Shown here: positions 52,914 to 64,000 of the stretch, piece by piece
Position numbering within the stretch: position 1 is the first letter of the stretch
Layout: each line of letters begins with the position of its first letter
Source of the DNA: Octopus bimaculoides
Taxonomy: Eukaryota
Direction: 5' to 3'
Length of the DNA: 64,000 nt
Assembly (NCBI RefSeq): GCF_001194135.2
Contig: NC_068985.1
Location: 407,376-471,375 of the forward strand
Translations under genes and position numbers: made by a program
Notes under the pieces: model-generated
The model's input: only the letters and a program-made list of their open reading frames with translations
Database searches by the model: none
What the model was told of the DNA's origin: nothing

Positions 52914-54390
52914 AAAAGTTTGACTCAGTTCCACATGATTTAAATTTTTGTGGGCATGTAGGAGACATCAATCTCATCAGATGCCAGGAGTTGAGTGAGA
53001 GTTTTGAGAGAAACTCAAGATGACTTCTAGGTGTTAGGTCTGTGTTGGTCAGCCTGGGTCATGTAGTATAAATGCTATGGATGCAACACCACCAGTTCTG
53101 TTGTTTTATTTTTTTCAGGCCTACATGTTTGGACAGCATTTGGCAGTGTGCTGGCACTAATTTGCTGGTAGATTGTGGTAAAGTGCATTTGGCAACATCA
53201 ATTTCTTTCTATACACATAATGTGTGATATGTTGGTGTGAGGTGTCAGATGTCATTCAATGGAGTATAAACACATTAGGAGGTGCAGTCTTTTTATAGGA
53301 GTCACCAAATTTGATAATATAGAGTGACAAATGATTAGTAAGAGTAGGCTGTAATCTATATGAGTATCAAATATTAAAGACTGATCTTGTAAGACAACTA
53401 GGCCTAGGGTAGCATATCCAGATTGCTAGCTGTTAATGCTTTGAAGTTCTTTCACAGGCATACCTCTGGTGGCAACAATAAGACAGTTCATTCTTCCTGT
53501 TAATAGATATTACAGGTTGGTGGAGTATATAGAGACTGATTTGGAAATTGCAAGTATGTGGAAGTATAAGGCCCTGTCAGTGTAACTCCATTTGACATTG
53601 GAAAATTATTTCAATAAACAGAGTCTCCAGATGAAGCGAAAAAGGGAAGTGAAGTTTTCCCCAACCCTGCATCTGAAGAAGTACACAAGTTGGTTATACA
53701 CTACCTTAAAATTGTTGGTTTTCATGCTGGTGTAGTGTCTTATGATACCATCTCATTGTGTGAGGGTGGTTTTAAGACTTCAGCCATTGAGAAGCAGGAT
53801 CTTCACAATGGGCAGATGGTAAGTTTTTGGAAGTTACAGACTGAAGTGTGGGTTGTAGACTGTAGGTGTGTGTTTGTAACTGTTGTAGCATGTCTTGTTT
53901 GAATCTATGTTGTTGAAGCAAGAGTAACTGACCTTGACACTATGGGGATTGAAGAATTATAAAACCTACAATTTCTAGAAAAAAGTTTTTCAATTTGCAT
54001 CATGAAATTCCATGCTATGTTAGTGGAAACTTCTATGCTGAATGGAGGATTGAACCTGATTATTTTGCTCTTCCTAACTTCCTTCAGGTCTAAGTGTGTG
54101 ACATGAGGCATCTTCCATATATACTAACTTACAATGTATACTAATTCAGGTTGAAGAAACTCTATGTCACAGCCTGATGCTTCGGGGGAACCAGCACATT
54201 ACCAACATGCTGTCCAAAAGTGTCTGCCTAAAAATAAAGAGTAACTAGTGTCACTTTCATAGCATTTATACCATGTGAGCTTTGCTGATCAAAAGAGGTC
54301 TCGAATTTTCTTGCTCCCAGCATCCTATGAGATAGTTATGTTCTATGCATCCACAAAAATTTAAGTCAGGTGAAGCTGAGTCAAACTGTT
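52914..54390 (-). mobile_element. Penelope-like retroelement 3' part (GIY-YIG region) bracketed by inverted terminal repeats
   Basis: KIIRFNPPFSIEVSTNIAWNF..FNPHSVKVSYSCFNNI..CNFQKLTICPL..FIWRL..VKWS..NRKNELSYCCH; 52914-52988 is an inverted copy of 54316-54390 (35/40 identical over the terminal 40 nt). Confidence 0.8.
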
Positions 54391-56706
54391 ATTAAAAATA
54401 TATGTAACTGCAACCAAATGTGTTGAGTGCTACTTTTTTTTTGTCTGTTCACTCACTTGTATATACTCATATATAAAATTTAATGTCTACCTTTCATGCT
54501 GGCAGAGATTAGACAGTTTGACAAGAGCTGGCAAGTCAGAAGAGTGTTCCAGTTTGTATTGTCTGCTTTGGCACACATATAACTATAAATAAAAGCATGT
54601 AAAAATTGGACTGAAAATCCCTTTTTGGACAGAAAATGCCCAAGGCTTTTCAACTCAATTTGACATGCCATTATTTATAGCTTTGTGTATGCTTTGAGAT
54701 CCATTTCAAGAAAAAAATATTTCATGTTCTTCTCAAAGTTATAAATTCTTATGACATCAGCATTATATATCTTAATTATATACTTTCTTTACTGTAGTAG
54801 TAGTATTATTATAATAACACTTCTTCATTTATTGAAATGGCAGCCACACTTATTTGAAATGGGAGCTTATGAATAAGGTGGGTGCAAGCAATGGCCATTT
54901 GGTTAAATCACTTCATAGAGATCAATAATAAAATCATAATAATCAACTGGAATAAACTTTCATTATTGCCCTACAAGATGCAATTAAAAGAATTCTTGAA
55001 CAATTTTCAATGATACAAAACGATATGTAATCTAGGTGTAGCATGAAGTTTTTAAAATATAATTTAAGGCTTTAAAAAATCTAAACTAATTTTTGAACAA
55101 CTTGTTAAAAGATGTTACCATAATGTAATCTTATCCAGTTATGATTTATAAAACAAGGCTAGTAATAGTTTATAATATTTTTTCTAAATGTTTCCTTTAA
55201 TAATATATAATTAGGGACGTCAAACGATGATGATGATGATGAATTAATGATTTAATGTACCTTTACTCGCCTACACAGCAATATATATAAATTAGGGAAT
55301 TATATTTGAAATGCAAACTTTGTTAGCGTCAGCAAGGTCATCAATGAACAACACAATTAGTTGGAGAACTAAATTATTATCACATTAATCTTGACCAGAT
55401 TCTATTTCAGAACAAAATAAAACAAAAAGAATAAAAAAGACACCCTAATAATTGAAGCATTGAGACAAGAAAGCGTCAAAGTAGTAGAGATTTGAACTTC
55501 AATTCACAAAACGCTATTAATGATAGTTTGGCAGGAACACAATTTAAATGTTGGATTGTAATCTGTCATAAAAAGACTGAAATATTTCAGGTTTAGATAT
55601 TTTATAAAATTTCAGAAAATTATTGGTTTCTTAGAAAAGCCCAATACCATAGCAATATTGTCGAAATGGTGGAGAGTGAAGTCTATGTCTGTTTTCCATT
55701 TGTCAGTCATAAAAATATCAAAGCCAGCATTTGTGGGATTTGAACTCAAGCATACAGGAATGAAACTAGATATTATAAGTCATGTAATTTACTGTTTACT
55801 TTCCTGCTATTACTGGTAATTATTAAAATAGTTGAAAATCACTATTTCTAATTTAACAAAGTGTAATGGATTACATTCTTTGTAAATGGTAAGCATTAAT
55901 TTCTGAAGTGCAAACCCCAGGTCTGAATGAGCTATGTAAAATATTTAGAAAAATGTCAGTAATGAAGAAACTTTGGATTAACAAGTTAAAATCAGATCTT
56001 AAAAGAAAGAAAGAAAGAAAAGTAAATGAAATTAATAACACGTTCTCTGAATCTTTAACTTCTATATCTTGCAAACAAGTCTATGTCAGCATTTTAGAAT
56101 TTTAACATGAAGGAGAAGGATATGCATGATGAGACAGTAAATGTACATATTGTGTTACCACAATAGAATACAACTCACTAATTAAAATTTAACAATTATT
56201 CATTTCTTTTACAAATTAAAATTTATATATATTGCTAATTGAGTTTGCTCATTTTTTTTTTTTTTTTCAGTATTTCTGATACATTGTCTGTAGACAGATT
56301 ATTAAATAGCAAGAGGAAAGTGTTCACTAAAATTCACTAAAAACACTTTGAATTCAATTGGAAGTTGAAAAAAAATAGTTTGAAGCAAAAAGTTGTAAGA
56401 ATAGTAAAGTCTGCTGGAGATATTTTTCATGAAAAAATACTGTCAATGCATAGAAATATGTATAAATAAAAGTAACTGATATTTTTCTCTAATTTAAAAT
56501 CTATATATTGATTTATTTATACTTAAATGACAGCCTACTTCTTTTTAAACTCATATTTCTAACTGTATAGTCTGTTTTCTTTTTCTGTTTTAATATTCAT
56601 ACATTTACGAGTCTTCATTTTCTTATTATACTTCACTTTCCAATGACTGTCTGATAGGAGTGTTATCATATCTTATAGTTTAGCACACTCTCATTACATA
56701 ATATAC

Positions 56707-56774
56707 CTCCACTAGATAGTCTTGCAACTGTAAATCAGTATAATTGTACAAATAATCAGACACTGCTGCAATAT
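56707..56774 (-). CDS. Candidate host exon, unknown protein
   Basis: tccctcaaaatAG | 68 nt open (D)IAAVSDYLYNYTDLQLQDYLVE | GTatat; phase-compatible with 58558-58606. Confidence 0.25.
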
Positions 56775-57134
56775 CTATTTTGAGGGAGACCAACAAGCTG
56801 ACACCAATGTGGAGAATAAAATAACGTTTTACACTATTTATCATCATTTTGCATAGAGAATCCCAGTAGTTAATGTGGAAACAATAAAGGCTGAAGACTT
56901 CAGAGAAACTCAGCATTAGTCACAGCATAATCATTAGGTTAATTAGTCTATAAATGATTGCTTCCAAACAACGCTTATTCTTTAACTTCTGAGATTATTT
57001 GCTGCTTTTAAGAAAAGTGTGAACTTGCAGGATCGATTGTAAAGAAAGGTAAACAACATTTCAAGAATTCTTTTGTAGAAAACTTCAGACTAAGATGAAT
57101 AGTGATATGTGAAGGAGGAATTATTAAAAATTAA

Positions 57135-58400
57135 ATTAATGTACAGGTAGGTATCCACCAAGCACCAGTCTTCAGACCCCCTCCTATTCATCATCATCCA
57201 CCAGGCCATAACAGGAATCTAAGGCTGAAAGTTCATGGAGACTTCTATATGATGATGATCTTGCCTTCATAGTAGAATCTGTTATAGAATTAGAAAAGAA
57301 ATTCCAGGTGTGAAAACAGAACCTGGAATCAAAGAGTCTTAAAGTAAACTTAGCAGAGACCAAAAATTCAGACAGGATCCTTCTGATAAATGGCCATACT
57401 TGATATGTAGGAAGGATGCAGTTAGAAATTCCATTCAGTGTACCCAGTGCAAGCAATGGACACACAAGAAGTGCAGGGGAAGAGTAAAAAGTTTAACTGA
57501 GAAAGTAGTGTTTGTATGTGGAAGATGCACAGGAGACATAAAGATCACAGATACATGGGAAACTGATTTCCTCAAATGTCCTGGTGGCTCTCTGGAAGTT
57601 GTAGATAATATCTGCTACCTAGCTGGCTTAATTAGCAGTGGAAGAGGTTGTAAAGAAAGTATAATTGCTAGAATAAGAATAGGATGGAGAAAAATCAGAG
57701 AGGTTTAACCTTTGTTGGCAAATAATGATCACTCTCTGAGTGAGAGGAAAATTGTATGAGGCACGTGTATGAACTGTGATGCTGCATGGTAGAGAGATGT
57801 GAGCCATGAATGTGGAGGTCACGTGAAGGCTGGTGAGGAATGAAGCTAGTAATCTTTGTTGGATGTGTGATGTCAGTGTGTTTGTGTGACAGAGCATTGG
57901 TGTATTGAGAGAGAAGTTGGCAGAAGAGGAATTAAATGCAAGAGAGGAGACTGTTTGGTCATGTGATGTGGATGGATGAGGATAGTTGCATAAAAAGTGC
58001 TGATCACTTAAGTGGAGAGAAGTTGTGGAAGAGGGAGATCCAGGAAGAGATGAGACAAAATATCAAAGGCCAATTTCAAAACGCTGAGCCTTATGACAGA
58101 GATGAAAGAAAGCCAAGGTATATGGCACATTGCTGTACTCAAGAAGACTCACCCATCAACAGAATCGAGATCCTAAAACCAAGGTACCACATAAAAAGCA
58201 AGGGTGTGGGTGCTGGTGCCATATTAAAAAGCACTCATTACATGCTGTAAAGTGGTTGGCTGTAGGAAGGGCATCTAACCATAGAAACCAAGCTAACACA
58301 GACTATTAAGCCTGGTGTGGCCCCTTATGTTGCTAATTCCTCTCAAGCCATCCAACTCATGCCAACATGGAAAACAGATGCTAAATGATGATGATGATAA
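57135..58400 (+). mobile_element. RTE family R copy spanning RT motifs 4-7, PHD insert and 3' end
   Basis: VQVGIHQ..PLLFII; LLYDDDL; LKVNLAETK; C4HC3 insert; LEVVDNICYL; RRLFGHV; (GAT)n tail. Confidence 0.9.
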
Positions 58401-58557
58401 GCAAATTTGACAAACAAATTTTCATGTATTCTCTCACAAAGACTCAATCAATGCAGAGCTTTCTTAGTAAATGATAAATTTGTTTAATATAATGGAGTTT
58501 AATATGAATATTTCTGTGTAGGTAAACAAAACACTGCCAGCACCTTCCTCTCATTAC

Positions 58558-58606
58558 CTGTCGCAGCTTCTGTCAGGAATTTGTACATCACAGCATCTCT
58601 AACTAC
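58558..58606 (-). CDS. Candidate host exon, unknown protein
   Basis: (CT)n..ttctgtttcattccttcaaaaAG | VVRDAVMYKFLTEAAT+G (49 nt) | GTaatg. Confidence 0.3.
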
Positions 58607-58634
58607 CTTTTTGAAGGAATGAAACAGAAAGTGT

Positions 58635-58683
<49 letters not shown>

Positions 58684-61047
58684 GGATTTTTACTGATACA
58701 CAAGAGTATCACTCGGTCTCCTTGCTATGTTAATGTCTTATATTTTCCAATATAATGAGATGCCAGTTTTAGTGTTCAAGGAGGGAGCTGTTATGTGGTT
58801 GTTCAACCCACTGGAAATCGTGACCAGGTCTCCCTCAAATCACAACTCTCAATCGTAAATAAAGGATATATCAAACAATGTAGTTCCAGATGTACAATAG
58901 ACAGGATGCTTAACACTAACTTTCGTCACAGGTTTGAACCAAGTTTGGTTCAAGAAGCCTTCTACTTAGTCACTTAATTGGTTGAAAGTAGCAGCTAATT
59001 TTTTCTGAAGTCACATCCCCACAGTTTTAGAAAGAAGGACATTAAATAATGCAGTTATTGATCTACAAAAATATGATGTATTACATTGCCATGAAGGCAG
59101 TGCTTCTCCTCCTCATTACTAACGATCTCAAACAAAGTAGTTTTGATCAGCTAAAATCAAATGTAGCAAGGAAAAAGATAATGTGTCATTTTAATAAACT
59201 GTAAATAAATAACTTTTATTGCAGCTTTCTTTTCTTTCTTTCTTTTTTTTTTCTTTTTGTTTATCTGTAAAGAGTCATTTGTAAAGTTGTCACATGTACA
59301 CTGGAATATAATAAATATTATTGATGTAAAGATGGAATAGCTTTTAAAGGAATTATATTTAGTGAATGACATTAGTGAACCAAGAACATTAAAATAGATT
59401 GCTTCCTTGGGAATTACAAAGTTCTTGTTTTGAAATGTATAATTTCAATAATCAACTTATTTTTAACACTATATCTAAGTGCTGAATATGAGTTGAGATT
59501 TGATCTTAAAATAGTGCAACCTGTTGATATAAAATATATGCAACAAGAGCAAATGGTATAACAATAAAATTAAATTATTAAAAAAAAAATTGCAGATCAT
59601 GAAATACTGGGAAACATTCCATTGAATATTAGGGATTATAAGCTAGATTAATTCAGACTTCCATTATTTATACAGCCCTTTGATAATTGAAAAAGAAGGA
59701 CTTTAATAAACTCCCTCAGATCATGACCTAATACGTTAAACATATAAAGAGGACTGTGAATAATGTAGTCCCAGATATAACACGCCTGAAAATTAGATAA
59801 CCATGACTGGAAAGCCCCTAATCATAGGCTGACCCGGGGCTAAAGGATCAAACAATAAGACAAGTTCATTGTAATGTTTCATAATCTAACACATAACTTT
59901 CTACTTTATATCAACTCTCTTAGAAAGGTTGACCCCTTGAGAATACAAGAGGTGTGCAGGTATTACTTGGCTTTTAATTATATTCACTCTAATGAAGATA
60001 ATTAAGATCCACCTAAATGCTAGACTATACAACAAACAAAAATAGTAGTCCAGACTCTGATGAGGTTGCATGTAATATAATACACACACACGTGTGTGTA
60101 TGTATGTATGTGTGTGTGTATTGTATTTTGTTTAGAAGTAATGCATGATAACAGAATTTTCGACTTTAGTTAAATGTAGCAACCTACTCCAAACGCTTGT
60201 TAGAGAATCTGTTTAAAAGGAGTTTGGACAGGTTCGTTTGTATAAAGAATATTTTGAAAATTTATTAACTGAGTAAGGTCTTTCATAATGGAATGTATTT
60301 CCTATAATATATTACAAAGATCTGAAACATACGCATTAAGTGCTTTCAAAATGACATGATTTGGTTCATCATTACAGTTTAATCATCGTCATCATCGTCA
60401 TCATTGTTTAATGCTTGTTTTCCATGCTGGCATAGGTTGGATATTATACTCTCTAAAATGCTCAGTGAGCATATCCATGTGTATAACCAAGGTTATTATG
60501 GTAACATGGGACATGTCAAGGTCACGCAACACATACCATTCTTTTACTAATTGTTTTATGTATTTGTGAGCAGATCTGGACAATCATTTAACTCCAGTAA
60601 AAGAACTTGAAAGGTTGGGCTTCCAACCAGGACTTTCACAATAGACACCCTTAAAGCCAAGAACTTTTCAGTGCCTCTTACCTATGCATATATACATGTA
60701 CATATATATAGATTCAAGGTTGAATATGGTACTTATGCGTAGGCACCCGAATATCGTATTCCAAAAGGATAGGTGATCAAAAAATCAAAAAATAAGCAAC
60801 ACGGATTTCAAAGGTGATTGCAGTACGCACGTTTCATGCTACTCCAATTTATTTAAGTAATGCGAGCATTACATTAAATGCAATATGAAGAGCAATCTTC
60901 AGCTGCACGAAAATGCAGAAAATTACAGTAGAATAGACATATTATAAATGTGGCAACATTTCAAATCCAAGTGGGAGAGAGAATACATAAAAATCCAAGT
61001 GGGAGGAAGAATACATAAATCCATCTTGACATAGCCGATATATATAT

Positions 61048-62098
61048 ATCAAAAGGCAGGTTAACTAGGAAGTTAGTTTTTGTATGTGGCAGATGTTCAG
61101 GTGCAATAAAGACTGTAAACAAACAGGAAACAACTTCTATCTCATTCCAGGGTGAAAAACTAGAGGTAGTCAATAGCTTCCGCTATCTGGGTGACCAAGT
61201 TAGTAGTGGGGGTGGGTGCGCTGAAAGTGTAGCTGCTAGAATAAGAATAGCCTGGGCAAAGTTTAGAGAGCTCTTACCTCTGNNNNNNNNNNNNNNNNNN
61301 NNNNNNNNNNNNNNNNNNNNNNNNNNNNNNNNNNNNNNNNNNNNNNNNNNNNNNNNNNNNNNNNNNNNNNNNNNNNNNNNNNNNNNNNNNNNNNNNNNNN
61401 NNNNNNNNNNNNNNNNNNNNNNNNNNNNNNNNNNNNNNNNNNNNNNNNNNNNNNNNNNNNNNNNNNNNNNNNNNNNNNNNNNNNNNNNNNNNNNNNNNNN
61501 NNNNNNNNNNNNNNNNNNNNNNNNNNNNNNNNNNNNNNNNNNNNNNNNNNNNNNNNNNNNNNNNNNNNNNNNNNNNNNNNNNNNNNNNNNNNNNNNNNNN
61601 NNNNNNNNNNNNNNNNNNNNNNNNNNNNNNNNNNNNNNNNNNNNNNNNNNNNNNNNNNNNNNNNNNNNNNNNNNNNNNNNNNNNNNNNNNNNNNNNNNNN
61701 NNNNNNNNNNNNNNNNNNNNNNNNNNNNNNNNNNNNNNNNNNNNNNNNNNNNNNNNNNNNNNNNNNNNNNNNNNNNNNNNNNNNNNNNNNNNNNNNNNNN
61801 NNNNNNNNNNNNNCGTTGCCGGTGCCCCTGGACTGGCTCTTGTGCGGGTGGCACATAAGATGCACCATTTTGAGCATGGCCGTTGCCAGTACCGCCTGAC
61901 TGGCCTTCGTGCGGGTGACACGTAAAAGCACCCACTACACTCTCTTAGTGGTTGGCATTAGGAATGGCATCCAGCTGTAGAAACTCTGCCAAATTAGATT
62001 GGAGCCTGGTGTTGCCATCCGGTTTCACCAGTCCTCTGTCAAATCGTCCAACCCATGCTAGCATGGAAAGCGAACGTTAAACGATGATGATGATGATA
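61048..62098 (+). mobile_element. RTE family R young copy with central gap, flanked by (TA)n
   Basis: KGRLTRKLVFVCGRCSGAIK..LEVVNSFRYLGDQVSSGGGCAESVAARIRIAWAKFRELLPL, with an open frame up to the gap; near-consensus 3' UTR. Confidence 0.9.
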
Positions 62099-62099
62099 C

Positions 62100-62132
<33 letters not shown>

Positions 62133-62749
62133 TGCATACTCTCACACACACACGTATACACACATACATAAATATAAGTATACATATGTGTGTGTGTGTG
62201 TGTATCATCATCATCATTGTCATGAACATCATCATTTAACGTTCGTTTCCCATGCTAGGGTTGTAATATTTATTTTCTTTTAAGTTGTAGGTAGGGTTCA
62301 TTGGTAAATTAAATAATAATATTTATAAGCATCCATGTAATAAAGAATAAATAATTATTCCAGAACACCTACAACCTGAAGCATAGGAATTGAGGCTATC
62401 ATAACTAGCAATGCCCTTCAAAGCCGAGAAGAGAAATTATTTGAACAAAGAAAGGAATAAGAATTCTGTTCAACATGTGGAAAATTATTCTTTAAGAATG
62501 AAAATCCGGCTAAACAATACATCCTATATCAACAGATTGGAACTGATTATTTATTTTTCTATTTTGATGTGAAATTGTTTGGTTTCAGATATTAGGTAAA
62601 TAATTTTCCGAAAGTGTATTCTTGTTTGGAGATAGCTTCAGCAGTGAGCAGTGATCCTCTTCCTCTGCAAGTGATGTGCAGCTTTTTGGTATAACCAGTT
62701 CTTATAAGTTATGCATAAATAATTCAAAATTACGGATTACCCCTTCCAG

Positions 62750-62839
62750 CTTCCCTGTTCAGTGCTCACCAACCCCTCAGCCCAACTGACAATAAAGCCC
62801 TTTTCTCTGGCTTATGGTGCTGCTGTTGGTAGCAATGAT
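62750..62839 (+). CDS. Candidate 90-nt phase-0 exon, unknown protein
   Basis: ccccttccAG | LPCSVLTNPSAQLTIKPFSLAYGAAVGSND | GTGAGT; only one frame is open; locally GC-richer. Confidence 0.3.
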
Positions 62840-62955
62840 GTGAGTGTTGCTGTTTGGATAATTGATTGCTTTGCACTAAAACATGAATATTCACCAAGCA
62901 TCACATTACCACATTTATCAAAAGTTAATATTAATACCAAGAGAATGCATGTGTA

Positions 62956-63012
<57 letters not shown>

Positions 63013-64000
63013 CTCATACACATATATGGATCTCATCTGTAAGTACTACAACAGATACACATTTCTTTATGTAATTATACTCTGGCATTAACGTATACAC
63101 TCAAGTGTGATAAATGCAAGTATTCTGACACACACACACACAAATATACATGCACATATATTTGCATACAGTTACTCACTCCCTATTCACAAACACTAAA
63201 AAAAAATACATCTCAACTCAGTGGGGACCCTCTCATAATATCTGGAAATTAAAATTACCAGTACTTAAATGAACATTTTCCTGAAATCAACATTATTAAG
63301 TGCTAGACACATTTATCGGCAATATAATTATTTCTAAGAACTTTTTCATTTAATAAACATAATACAGGCAATAATTTAAATTTGCAAACAGGGATTAAAT
63401 AAAAATGTTGGTAGCAGTAATGAAAATACAACATTTCAACAACATATCTTGAATATTTTCCTTTTTGTTTTGAAAACATTCTCTGAGTCAAGAAAAAGGT
63501 TAAGAAATACATGTTTAAAATATTTTGGATTAATAAAAAACGATATTGATAAATAGCAAACTTACAATTTACAACAAAATATATGCAAACACCTCACTAT
63601 ATGACACATACAGACACATGTTAGACAGTGACATACAAACATGCACACTCACACATACACGTGTGCAAATGTCGTCAAATATATACATGATTAAATAGTC
63701 AGGCTTTTTGGGAAATATGCAGTAAAACATTGTGTTTTATCACATTTCAAGTTATGAACTAAATGGAAGTATTTCTAAATGAGACACCAAGGAACATTGA
63801 ACATTCATTTGCAAAAGTACAATATGTCAAGAGTAATTGAGAGATAAATCTTTCCATTTAACAAAAGTTAATGATAAATAATGTGTTTGTGTGTGACTCA
63901 TACATATAATAAATCCCATCTGTAAATACTCCAATAGATATTGAGTATGTAAGATATTTTTCTGCCACTTGGTTTCCTAGTAATTGTAATAATTTACAAT

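Noticed and set aside
1-64000. CRISPR arrays, rRNA, prokaryote-like operons, telomeric arrays
   Set aside because: No repeat-spacer periodicity, rRNA-like segment, dense coding region or (TTAGGG)n array was seen.

Overview
Eukaryotic, AT-rich, microsatellite-saturated intronic or intergenic DNA from a draft assembly with seven N gaps. The repeat inventory is most consistent with an octopus (coleoid cephalopod); this is an inference from repeat style, not a database match. No intact or recognisable host protein-coding gene, rRNA, tRNA gene or CRISPR array is visible; most ORF-track entries are microsatellite or gap translations. The window is dominated by decayed mobile elements: about 20 copies or tails of one RTE-clade LINE family ending in (GAT)n, five R4/Dong-clade REL-endonuclease LINE fragments (several abutting (TAA)n tracts), three tRNA-headed SINE families, a TIR-bounded mariner, an internally deleted Tc1-like element, a hAT remnant and a Penelope-like element. 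Best leads: (1) a canonical C4HC3 PHD finger inserted inside the reverse transcriptase of the RTE family; (2) a tandemly repeated compact H-type pseudoknot candidate in that family's 3' UTR; (3) three decayed minimal hammerhead ribozyme motifs, two in the inverted terminal repeats of the Penelope-like element; (4) weak phase-compatible splice-site evidence for small host exons. I did not find a complete, clearly novel multi-gene system. Repeat boundaries are approximate (tens of bp) unless a TIR or TSD is quoted.
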